In this document: positions 9,597-17,748 of the stretch, piece by piece
Layout: each line of letters begins with the position of its first letter
Position numbering within the stretch: position 1 is the first letter of the stretch
Source: an uncultured Gammaproteobacteria bacterium
GTDB taxonomy: Bacteria > Pseudomonadota > Gammaproteobacteria > Magnimaribacterales > D2472
Direction: 5' to 3'
DNA: 64,000 nucleotides
Assembly: GCA_964417685.1 (NCBI GenBank)
Contig: CAYQIT010000001.1
Span: forward strand, 17,157 to 81,156
Program-made: the position numbers and the translations under genes
The notes under the pieces: generated by a model
Database searches by the model: none
Told to the model about the DNA's origin: nothing
Seen by the model: only the letters and a program-made list of their open reading frames with translations

Positions 9597-9785
9597 AAGA
9601 GGGTGTCTTGTTTATAGGTTTTTTAAGGGGGCTTATAAACATTTCTATTATTACCCTGAACATGGAGGTGGTCCTATTAGTATTTATATTAAACCAGGAA
9701 ACGGAGGATTTACCTTTTGACACGGGGTAACTTTTAAGTTTCTGACTAATAAGGGTTATTAACAACCTATATTAGATTTTTTTAT
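9597..9785 (+). promoter_or_regulatory. candidate structured cis-regulatory leader / ncRNA (class unknown) upstream of the DMT-rhodanese operon
   Basis: Locally G+C-richer non-coding stretch with no ORF on either strand. Helices: 9610-9618/9632-9640; 9651-9658/9723-9730; long-range 9613-9620/9764-9771; antiterminator 9752-9759/9784-9791. A possible TATAAT lies at 9587-9592. Confidence 0.45.
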
Positions 9786-9817
9786 AACCCTCAAATTAAT
9801 TTTTGAGGGTTTTTTTA
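9786..9817 (+). terminator. intrinsic terminator hairpin that also sequesters the SD of the downstream gene
   Basis: AACCCTCAAA (9786-9795), loop TTAATT, TTTGAGGGTT (9802-9811), then a T run to 9816. The GAGGG in the 3' arm is the only SD-like element before ATG 9821. Confidence 0.7.
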
Positions 9818-9820
9818 TTT

Positions 9821-10696
9821 ATGGAATTAAGATACTGGTCATTATTAATTTTTCTAGGCGCTATATGGGGTAGTGCATTTATGTTTATTAAAATTGCAAC
9901 TCCAGAACTTGGCGCTGTGTTCTTAGTTCAGTTACGCCTAGCACTTGCATCATTAGTATTCCTTCCACTTTTAATTAGACCGAAGCTTCTAAAGCTTTTT
10001 ATAAGAAGTTTTAAATATATTCTTATTTTAAGTTTAACCAATACAGCTATACCTTTTATTCTTTTTTCAGAGGCTTCTAATGGGTCTGATTCAAATATGC
10101 TTGCGATCCTTAATTCTTCTACTGCTTTGATGACTATGTTTATTGCCTTCTTTTGGCTCAAAGAAAAAATTACTATTAAACAAATTGGCGGATTGATATT
10201 GGGTTTTATAGGAATTGTTATATTGGTAAATCCTAAAAATAGCTCAATTGATGCATATTCTGCTTTTATTTGTTTGGCTGGCTCTTTTTGTTATGCTTTT
10301 TCTGGTGTTTTTATACAAAAATACTGTGTATCAATAAATAAATTAGTATTAATTGGATGGTCTTTGGTTTTTGGAACTATCTTACTCATACCATTTTCAG
10401 CTTTTTCAATCCCTAATTCATTCCCATCTAATGAGGCAATTCTTTCGATATTGTGGCTAGGAATTGTTTCAACTGGTCTCTCATTTATAGGATATGTCAG
10501 GCTTATTGAAAAAGTAGGGGCCGTAAAAACCTCAACAGTTGCATATTTTTTACCAGTATTTGGAATAATTTGGGGAAATATATTCCTTAACGAGTTAGTC
10601 TCGTTTTTAATAATAGTTGGTTGTATCATGGTATTGGTAGGAGTATTTTTTGCTACATCAAACAGAAATTCAATAGGAGTAGTTAATGGAAAATAA
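9821..10696 (+). CDS. DMT superfamily (EamA-like) transporter
   Basis: 10 hydrophobic helices with two EamA-type repeats (WGSAFMFIKIA..., YVRLIEKVGAVKTSTVAYFLPVFG). Start set to ATG 9821 because the track's TTG 9803 lies inside the terminator hairpin. Confidence 0.85.
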   Translation: MELRYWSLLIFLGAIWGSAFMFIKIATPELGAVFLVQLRLALASLVFLPLLIRPKLLKLFIRSFKYILILSLTNTAIPFILFSEASNGSDSNMLAILNSSTALMTMFIAFFWLKEKITIKQIGGLILGFIGIVILVNPKNSSIDAYSAFICLAGSFCYAFSGVFIQKYCVSINKLVLIGWSLVFGTILLIPFSAFSIPNSFPSNEAILSILWLGIVSTGLSFIGYVRLIEKVGAVKTSTVAYFLPVFGIIWGNIFLNELVSFLIIVGCIMVLVGVFFATSNRNSIGVVNGK

Positions 10697-11069
10697 AACT
10701 TTAGAATCAATGCTTATCGATGCTAATAAGAATGTTGAGAGGCTCACTTATGAGGAAACTTGTAATATCCTGAAACAACCGAATACATTCATTATTGATG
10801 TCAGAGAAGAGTCTGAGGTATCAAGCTTTGGCCTAATTAAAAATGCTATTCACTTACCCAGAGGGTTAATTGAATTCAAACTTGAGCTAAACTCTCAAAA
10901 TAATCCTGCAAATATTAATAATGATTCAAACTTGTTATTTTATTGTGCAGGTGGGTATAGATCAGCACTTGCAGCTAATACTATTAAAAGCCTTGGATTC
11001 CAAAATGTATATAACATTGGGGGATTTGGTGCATGGGTTGATAATGGTGGAGAAATTCAGCGAATATAA
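10686..11069 (+). CDS. single-domain rhodanese (sulfurtransferase)
   Basis: 127 aa with active-site loop FYCAGGYRSALAA. 11-bp overlap with the DMT gene. Confidence 0.8.
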   Translation: MENKTLESMLIDANKNVERLTYEETCNILKQPNTFIIDVREESEVSSFGLIKNAIHLPRGLIEFKLELNSQNNPANINNDSNLLFYCAGGYRSALAANTIKSLGFQNVYNIGGFGAWVDNGGEIQRI

Positions 11070-11169
11070 TAACTTTAAATATATTTAAAAAACTTATGTA
11101 TATTCTTCAATCTACATAAATATTTATCTATTGATGTATGTATAATTATATTTTTTTGAGGAAATTAAT

Positions 11170-13599
11170 ATGAAAAACTGTATTTATATCAACCTATCTA
11201 TTGCTCTTGTTTTTACATCATTAACATTTGCTCAAGACAGCATCGTTGAGGAAGTTATAGTTACTGCAACTAAAAAGGAAAAGACATTACAAGAAGTTCC
11301 GGTAGCTGTTTCTGTTGTTACATCAGATGAAATTGAAAAAGCAACAATCATAGATACTTTTGATCTTAAATCTATCATCCCATCTTTAGACACAAGACAA
11401 TATCAATCTTCTACTAATGCTACTTTTTTTATTAGAGGTTTTGGTAATGGATCTAACAACCCGGGGGTAGAACCATCCGTTGCATTATTTGTTGATGGTG
11501 TATACAGATCAAAGACACAATCTCAAATAGCCGATCTTCCTATGCTTGAAAGAGTAGAAGTTCTTAGAGGCCCTCAAAGTACTCTTTTTGGTAAAAATGC
11601 ATCTGCAGGTGTTATAAATATTGTTACAAAAAAACCTTCTTTTGATAAATCAGGAATGATGTCACTTGGTCTTGGGAAATATAATTCTAAAATAGGAAAA
11701 ATATATACAACAGGCCCTATTAATGAAACAACAGCATATAGTTTTAATGCTAATTTTAATAAAAGAGATGGAAGCTCAGATAACCCTGTAACAGGAAACT
11801 CAGTTAATAATAGAGATAGATTAGGCTTACGTGCAGAACTTTTATTTATTCCAAATGATGATCTATCTATAAGGGTAACTAGTGACTATGATGAATATGA
11901 CGAAATTTGTTGTGCTGTTGGCAGTGCCAATTATGGTAATGCAAATTATGTAACTGCAGCTTTTGGAGGGCAAATTATTCCTAATAATCCTTATACTGAA
12001 AAGGCATTTTTTGATTTTGACCCTATATCTGATGGGGATAATTCCGGAATTTCAATTTATATAGAAAGAGATTTAGATACTATTCGTATAGAAAGCATTA
12101 CTTCATCTAGAAAGAGTTATAACTTTGAACTTCAAGATGTAGATTTTGAATCAGTTGATCAAATCGATTCTAATAAACTTGTTAAAGATTTAGATGCAGT
12201 AACTCAAGAGGTCAGAATTTTTTCAAAGGATAATAAAAATATAAACTGGTTACTGGGTGCATATTATTATCAAGAAGATATGAAATATGACAATTCTATC
12301 TATTTTGGTTCATTATGGAGGGCTTATATTGATGCTCTTGCTCCAGGAGCTTTAGCTGGAGTAGCAGAAGCTTTTGGTATTCCAAACTCATTATTATTTG
12401 CAGAAGGCCAGGGTGTTAATGAAATTTCTACACAAGATAATACAACTAAATCAATATTTGCTCAGCTAGATATTAAACTTACTGATAAATTAAGTGCCAT
12501 TGTTGGAGCAAGCTATATTGAAGATGAAAAATCTGTATCAATCTATCAGACCAATACTGATATTTTTTCTAACTTAGATTTTGTTGGAGCAGGTACCTTG
12601 GGTCTTATCGGAGCTGGTTTTACACCTGAAGAAGCTGCAGTTTTAGCAACTGATCCAGCTTTTAATCCTTTATTAGGCCTTCAAGGAATTCAATTTTTAC
12701 CACAATTTGTAAATTTTCCAAATAGTGCTCAAGATGGAGAGAGCAATGATGATAATGTTGACTACACTTTTAAACTTGCTTACATATTAAATGATACAAC
12801 ATCTATGTATGGTGGAGTTTCAACAGGATACAAAGCCACTGCATGGAATATATCTAGAGATTCATTGCCTGATGCAACTGAAATTTCTGCTTTAGAACTG
12901 GCTGGATCCCCCGTTGGACCAAATACAGGTATTGGAAGAAGGTATGCTGATCCAGAAGAATCAGAGGTTTTTGAGATTGGTGCAAAAATAAGATTATCAA
13001 CTGGATATCTTAATATTGCTTTATTTGATCAAAAGATTGAAGGATTTCAATCAAATACATTTATTGGAACTGGGTTTATACTTGCAAATGCTGGTTCACA
13101 ATCAACTAAAGGATATGAGTTTGATTTAGTTATGTCGCCTACAGATAATATTGATCTTTCGGTTAGTGGATTATTTATGGATCCAATATATGATTCATTT
13201 CCAAACTCAAGCTCAGGTGATTTAACAGGAACCATGCCATCAAATGTCTCAGAAAATACTATCTCATCAACAATTACATGGAATTTTAATTTAAATAATT
13301 GGGATGGATATTTAAGACTAAGTCATTTATATGCAAGTCCAGCAAAAATGCTAGAAAATCCTGCATGGCAAGTAAGGATAGAGAATGCAGGAAATGGTGT
13401 GAAAACTCAAGACACATTGAATTTTTCAGCTGGTATCGAAAGGGATAATTTATCGATAACAATATGGGGTAAAAATATCAATGATGATGAGTATTTAATT
13501 TCTGCTTTCCCAGCTGTTGCCGATCCAACTTCTACAACATTCTTTGGATATCCTAATGCGTATTCATCTTATGGAGCCACATTAAATTATAGGTTTTAA
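11170..13599 (+). CDS. TonB-dependent outer-membrane receptor
   Basis: Signal peptide, plug domain (EEVIVTATKKE..VEVLRGPQSTLFGKNASAGVINIVTK), long beta-barrel, C-terminal aromatic ..LNYRF. RBS GAGGAA. Confidence 0.9.
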   Translation: MKNCIYINLSIALVFTSLTFAQDSIVEEVIVTATKKEKTLQEVPVAVSVVTSDEIEKATIIDTFDLKSIIPSLDTRQYQSSTNATFFIRGFGNGSNNPGVEPSVALFVDGVYRSKTQSQIADLPMLERVEVLRGPQSTLFGKNASAGVINIVTKKPSFDKSGMMSLGLGKYNSKIGKIYTTGPINETTAYSFNANFNKRDGSSDNPVTGNSVNNRDRLGLRAELLFIPNDDLSIRVTSDYDEYDEICCAVGSANYGNANYVTAAFGGQIIPNNPYTEKAFFDFDPISDGDNSGISIYIERDLDTIRIESITSSRKSYNFELQDVDFESVDQIDSNKLVKDLDAVTQEVRIFSKDNKNINWLLGAYYYQEDMKYDNSIYFGSLWRAYIDALAPGALAGVAEAFGIPNSLLFAEGQGVNEISTQDNTTKSIFAQLDIKLTDKLSAIVGASYIEDEKSVSIYQTNTDIFSNLDFVGAGTLGLIGAGFTPEEAAVLATDPAFNPLLGLQGIQFLPQFVNFPNSAQDGESNDDNVDYTFKLAYILNDTTSMYGGVSTGYKATAWNISRDSLPDATEISALELAGSPVGPNTGIGRRYADPEESEVFEIGAKIRLSTGYLNIALFDQKIEGFQSNTFIGTGFILANAGSQSTKGYEFDLVMSPTDNIDLSVSGLFMDPIYDSFPNSSSGDLTGTMPSNVSENTISSTITWNFNLNNWDGYLRLSHLYASPAKMLENPAWQVRIENAGNGVKTQDTLNFSAGIERDNLSITIWGKNINDDEYLISAFPAVADPTSTTFFGYPNAYSSYGATLNYRF

Positions 13600-13619
13600 T
13601 TTTTAATTTTATTTAAATG

Positions 13620-13646
13620 AAGGGGTATTTGTGCCCCTTTATTAAT
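13620..13646 (+). terminator. intrinsic terminator after the TonB-dependent receptor
   Basis: AAGGGG (13620-13625), 8-nt loop, CCCCTT (13634-13639), followed by a T/A-rich tract. Confidence 0.55.
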
Positions 13647-13723
13647 TGGCGCGCCCGGGAAGATTCGAACTCCCGACCCCTTGGTTCGAAGCCAAGTACT
13701 CTATCCAGCTGAGCTACAGGCGC
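13647..13723 (-). tRNA. tRNA-Arg, anticodon UCG (TCG)
   Basis: Reverse complement GCGCCTG-TA-GCTCAGCTGGATAGAGT-A-CTTGG-CTTCGAA-CCAAG-GGGTC-GGGAG-TTCGAAT-CTTCC-CGGGCGC-G-CCA. 77 nt cloverleaf, anticodon loop CTTCGAA. Confidence 0.93.
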
Positions 13724-13807
13724 AGATGTGCAATTATAGATGTAATGCATATATTAATCACTCATTTATCATGTGATAGAATTGAGAGAACATTATGAGG
13801 GGGAATC

Positions 13808-15967
13808 ATGATTACTAAACATAAGAAATTACTTTATCTTTTTTTGATATTATCGGGGCTTTATCTAGCTCTCTTGCTTATCATTGATTTTGATGTAAAT
13901 GAAAAAAGACCTTTTTTAAATTTCTTTAAATCTATGCAGTCAGATAGTGCATTGGAGGTGGTTGATTTTTCGGTAGATAAAGAAAAATCTTCAAAAGTTA
14001 AGCCAAAACCAAACCCCGATCGCAACCCTTATTATGGTGATTTACATGTACACACAAAATACTCTTTCGATGCTTATGTCTTTGGTATAACAGCAACCCC
14101 AGATGATGCCTATAAGTACGCTAAAGGAGAGGGTATCAAGCATCCATTGGGTTATGAAATGAAGCTTCGTGAACCATTAGATTTTTACTCTGTAACTGAT
14201 CATGGTTTCTACATGGGTATGATTCAAGCCTACGCAGATACATCAACTGACATTTCAAAAAATGATTTTGCTAAACCATTCCATAACCTAAATAGAAAAG
14301 ATAATTTATCTGTAGAATCGGCTGGTGAAAGATCTGATTTATTTAGCACTATTGTTGGCGCAGTAATTACTCAACCATATCCAAGTTGGCATCCAAAAAT
14401 TCTCAAAGCATGGCTTACAAAAAATACACAATTAGCATTAAAATCTTTTGATTATGATATTCATAAATCAGCATGGGCTGATATAGCTAGATCCGCTAAT
14501 GAACACAATGACCCTGGTAACTTTACAACATTTATTGGATATGAATTTACGACATCTACCGATATTGAGGGTGGAAATCTTCATAGAAATGTCATTTTTA
14601 ATTCTTCAGAGGCGTCCATAAGACCTTGGACAAGGGTTGATTCTCTAAATCCTGAGGATTTGTGGACATGGCAAGATTCTCTTCGTGAAAAGGGTATTGA
14701 TACGGTTTCCATACCTCATAATAGTAATGGTTCCAATGGTCAAATGTTCGAGATGGAATCATTTTTAGGTAATGCAATTGATCAAGACTACGCTGATAAA
14801 AGAATGAGAAATGAGCCTCTGGTTGAAATTACACAAGTAAAAGGTACCTCTGACACGCACCCATTACTATCCCCTGATGATGATTGGGCTGATTTTGAAA
14901 TAATGGATGTTCGTGTAGGTAGTAGACCCCCAACATACAGTAAGCCCTCCGGTGGTTATGTCAGAGAAGCATATTTAAATGGTTTAACCCTTGAGTTTAC
15001 ACAACAAGGCAACCCTTATAAGTTTGGATTAATTGGCTCTAGTGATACTCACACAGCCGCAGGTGCATATGATGAGTCAAACTATTGGTCTAAGGTAGGT
15101 TTGCTTGATGGTGATGCAGAAAACAGGGGATCTGTTCCATTGGCCGAAGAAAATAGAGAGAGGCTTGAGGAGTACATGGCCGCTTTTAATCAACCTCAGA
15201 GCACGCTTGCTCTTGATCAAGGTGATTATGCAAATACTGGCTTTACTCAATGGGGTGCATCTGGACTAGCAGTTGCTTGGGCTGAGGAAAATACCAGAGA
15301 CTCTATTTTTAAAGCATTTAAAAGAAAAGAGACTTTTGCAACCACAGGCACTAGACTTGCTGTTAGATTTTTTGGTGGTTATGACTTGTCTTCAATAGAT
15401 TTAAATTCAGACAACATGGTATCAGAAGCTTATAAAAATGGTGTAACCATGGGTGCAGACCTATTAAGCAATGGTGATAAAGTTCCAGAATTTATCGTAT
15501 GGGCTCAAAAAGATAAGTACGGAGCTCCTCTCCAAAGAGTACAAATAATTAAAGGGTGGATGGATTCGATTAGTGGTAGACCAAACGAAAAAGTTTTTGA
15601 TGTAGTTTGTTCTGATGGTAATGCTGTTGATCCAGTGACTCATAGATGTCCAGATAATGGTGCAAAAGTTAATATCAATGATTGTTCATTCTCTAAGAAC
15701 CTAGGTTCATCTGAGTTAAAAACTCATTGGATAGATCCTGAGTTTGACTCATCAAATAAAGCTTTTTACTACGTTAGAGTTCTCGAGAACCCAACTTGCA
15801 GATGGAGCACATGGGACGCTGTTAAAAGAGGTTTTAAGCCAAGAGAAGATCTTCATGAAACAATTCAAGAGAGAGCATGGTCTTCTCCTATATGGTATAT
15901 ACCAGACCCATCTAATGTTGAGGTTATACCTCTAGGTGGCACTGTGAGATTAAGAAGTAGCACTTAA
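13808..15967 (+). CDS. DUF3604-family exported protein (PHP-like metal-dependent phosphoesterase fold)
   Basis: N-terminal TM anchor, GDLHVHTKYSFDAY motif, later HNSNG and GSSDTH motifs, Cys-containing C-terminal region ending ERAWSSPIWY. RBS GAGGGGG. Confidence 0.7.
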   Translation: MITKHKKLLYLFLILSGLYLALLLIIDFDVNEKRPFLNFFKSMQSDSALEVVDFSVDKEKSSKVKPKPNPDRNPYYGDLHVHTKYSFDAYVFGITATPDDAYKYAKGEGIKHPLGYEMKLREPLDFYSVTDHGFYMGMIQAYADTSTDISKNDFAKPFHNLNRKDNLSVESAGERSDLFSTIVGAVITQPYPSWHPKILKAWLTKNTQLALKSFDYDIHKSAWADIARSANEHNDPGNFTTFIGYEFTTSTDIEGGNLHRNVIFNSSEASIRPWTRVDSLNPEDLWTWQDSLREKGIDTVSIPHNSNGSNGQMFEMESFLGNAIDQDYADKRMRNEPLVEITQVKGTSDTHPLLSPDDDWADFEIMDVRVGSRPPTYSKPSGGYVREAYLNGLTLEFTQQGNPYKFGLIGSSDTHTAAGAYDESNYWSKVGLLDGDAENRGSVPLAEENRERLEEYMAAFNQPQSTLALDQGDYANTGFTQWGASGLAVAWAEENTRDSIFKAFKRKETFATTGTRLAVRFFGGYDLSSIDLNSDNMVSEAYKNGVTMGADLLSNGDKVPEFIVWAQKDKYGAPLQRVQIIKGWMDSISGRPNEKVFDVVCSDGNAVDPVTHRCPDNGAKVNINDCSFSKNLGSSELKTHWIDPEFDSSNKAFYYVRVLENPTCRWSTWDAVKRGFKPREDLHETIQERAWSSPIWYIPDPSNVEVIPLGGTVRLRSST

Positions 15968-15981
15968 CAGAAGTTACAAAA

Positions 15982-16776
15982 TTGAAAAGAAGAATTTTAT
16001 ACTTTTTTTTAATTGGGCTTTTTATATATATAATTGATATAGGGTCTAATTATGATGAAAGTAAAGATATTTTTATCTCTGATCAAGAAATTATAAGTCT
16101 TGTAAATGCTTGGAAATCTCAAGTTGGTAGAGACCCAACCGATGACGAAATAGCAAGAATAATTAATAATCTAGTTAATGAGGAAATTCTCTATAGAGAA
16201 GCAATTGCTCTTGGTTTGGATAAAGAAGATAGAATTATTAAAAGAAGATTGGCTCAAAAAATTTCTTTCTTAAAACAAGAATCAGTTATTGATAAACCAT
16301 CATACGAAGAGATATCTAGATTTTATGATCAAAATAAAGATAGTTACTATATTTCACCAACCTTTACTTTTACTCATCATTTTTTTACAAATGAAAACAA
16401 CTCACTAGAAAGGTCAAATCAAGCAATATTAAATATTAAAAATAATAAAAATATTTCTTCTGATGTATTTTTTCTTGGAAAGAATTTTGCTGAAATCAAT
16501 ATGAAAGGCATAGAAAGTAATTTTGGAGTTGGTTTAGAGGTTGCGTTCAGTAATCCTGATTTAAATATTTGGACCGGACCATACAAATCTCCATTTGGCC
16601 ACCATCTTCTTTTTATAACCAACGTCAAAGATGGATACTATCCTGATATTAAAAAAATATACAAAGAACTTGAGGTTGATTACATTCAACTCAAACGTGA
16701 TGTAGCTGTTGATAACTTTATAAATAAAGTTAGGAGTGATTATTCAATATTAATCAATCCAGATTTAAAGATTTAA
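15982..16776 (+). CDS. membrane-anchored parvulin-like peptidyl-prolyl isomerase / SurA-like chaperone
   Basis: TTG start, N-terminal TM. EEILYREAIALGLDKEDRIIKRRLAQKISFL (SurA-N-like helices) and GPYKSPFGHHLLFI rotamase-type motif. Confidence 0.55.
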   Translation: MKRRILYFFLIGLFIYIIDIGSNYDESKDIFISDQEIISLVNAWKSQVGRDPTDDEIARIINNLVNEEILYREAIALGLDKEDRIIKRRLAQKISFLKQESVIDKPSYEEISRFYDQNKDSYYISPTFTFTHHFFTNENNSLERSNQAILNIKNNKNISSDVFFLGKNFAEINMKGIESNFGVGLEVAFSNPDLNIWTGPYKSPFGHHLLFITNVKDGYYPDIKKIYKELEVDYIQLKRDVAVDNFINKVRSDYSILINPDLKI

Positions 16777-17726
16777 TGTATAAGTTAATATTTCTATTTC
16801 TGAGCCTATCTGCTTTAGAGCTTAACGCTCATGAATTTAATCCTGCTCATTTAGTCATAACTGAATCCAACGATAATGATTTGAAATATAGCGCATCATG
16901 GATGTACCCAGTTAAAAACATAGGTAAGAGAGCTCAAGTAGAATTTCCTAACTCATGCATAACGGAATATTCAAATCCTTTTATTCAAGGAAAGTATATT
17001 ATTGAGAATATTGATTTAGTTTGTAACGCTAGTCTCAAAGGATCTGTCATCGAAATAATACATCTAAGCGTTTTGACTGATGCATTAGTAACTATTAATT
17101 TTAAAGAAGATACCTTTGAGGGTTTGGTTACTGTTCAAAACAATAAAATAGAAATTCCATTAGTTGAGCAATATTACCCAATAGCATACTTATACCTTGG
17201 GGTTGGTCATTTATTTGATGGACTAGATCATATTTTATTTATATTTGGGTTATTATTTTGTATAAGGGGCCTAGTAAATATTATAAAAACCATTACTGCA
17301 TTTACTGTTGCTCATAGTATCACCCTGGGTCTTTCTGTATATAACATCATTTACTTACCTCAAGGCACAATAGAGGCTCTTATAGCGCTTACAATAGTCT
17401 ATTTAGCCACAGAAATTAATGATAGTGATAAACAACTCAAAACACCCTGGTTGATGGCTTTTAGCTTTGGTTTGCTTCATGGCCTAGGATTTGCTGGAGC
17501 ATTGAGTGACATAGGTATTGCTAATGATCAAATGCTATTATCGTTGCTGTTTTTTAATGTTGGTATTGAACTAGCACAAATAGCACTTATACCAATTCCT
17601 CTAATATTAATTTATGTTGCTTCAAAGATTAATTTTGAGAATTATCTTCAAACAACAGCAAGTTTATTTATTGGTGGGATGGGTTTTTATTGGTTTATAG
17701 ATCGTGTAATTGGTATTATTATCTAA
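16776..17726 (+). CDS. HupE/UreJ-family membrane protein with N-terminal periplasmic domain
   Basis: Signal peptide ..LELNA/HEFNPAH, a ~130-aa soluble domain, then GVGHLFDGLDHILFIFGLL and FGLLHGLGFAGAL motifs typical of HupE/UreJ_2. Start overlaps the previous stop. Confidence 0.65.
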   Translation: MYKLIFLFLSLSALELNAHEFNPAHLVITESNDNDLKYSASWMYPVKNIGKRAQVEFPNSCITEYSNPFIQGKYIIENIDLVCNASLKGSVIEIIHLSVLTDALVTINFKEDTFEGLVTVQNNKIEIPLVEQYYPIAYLYLGVGHLFDGLDHILFIFGLLFCIRGLVNIIKTITAFTVAHSITLGLSVYNIIYLPQGTIEALIALTIVYLATEINDSDKQLKTPWLMAFSFGLLHGLGFAGALSDIGIANDQMLLSLLFFNVGIELAQIALIPIPLILIYVASKINFENYLQTTASLFIGGMGFYWFIDRVIGIII

Positions 17727-17748
17727 TAAATTCTGAATAGCTAAGAAA

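Noticed and set aside
9597-9785. Possible match of the structured leader to a known riboswitch class. Candidates were TPP (ACCCTGAAC...CCAGG..GGAGGA), glycine (GGAGG...CAGGAAACGGAGG) and guanidine-I/ykkC (AGGGTGTC...GGTGGTCC...ACACGG).
   Set aside because: Only short fragments resemble each consensus. Hallmark elements are absent or wrongly spaced (CUGAGA for TPP, CGCCGAAGGGGCAA for glycine, GGUCCGAGAG and GCCCGGGAGA for ykkC). The class is left unknown pending an Infernal/Rfam search.
11116-11127. 12-nt perfect palindrome ATAAATATTTAT upstream of the TonB-dependent receptor, considered as a Fur box.
   Set aside because: It is AT-only and lacks the GATAAT/ATTATC hexamer pattern of Fur boxes. 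Such palindromes are expected by chance in this composition.
13757-13777. Inverted repeat ATCAC-N11-GTGAT upstream of the DUF3604 gene, considered as a CRP/Zur-like operator.
   Set aside because: The half-site polarity is opposite to the CRP TGTGA-N6-TCACA arrangement. The arms are only 5 bp in AT-rich DNA, so it cannot be distinguished from chance without comparative data.
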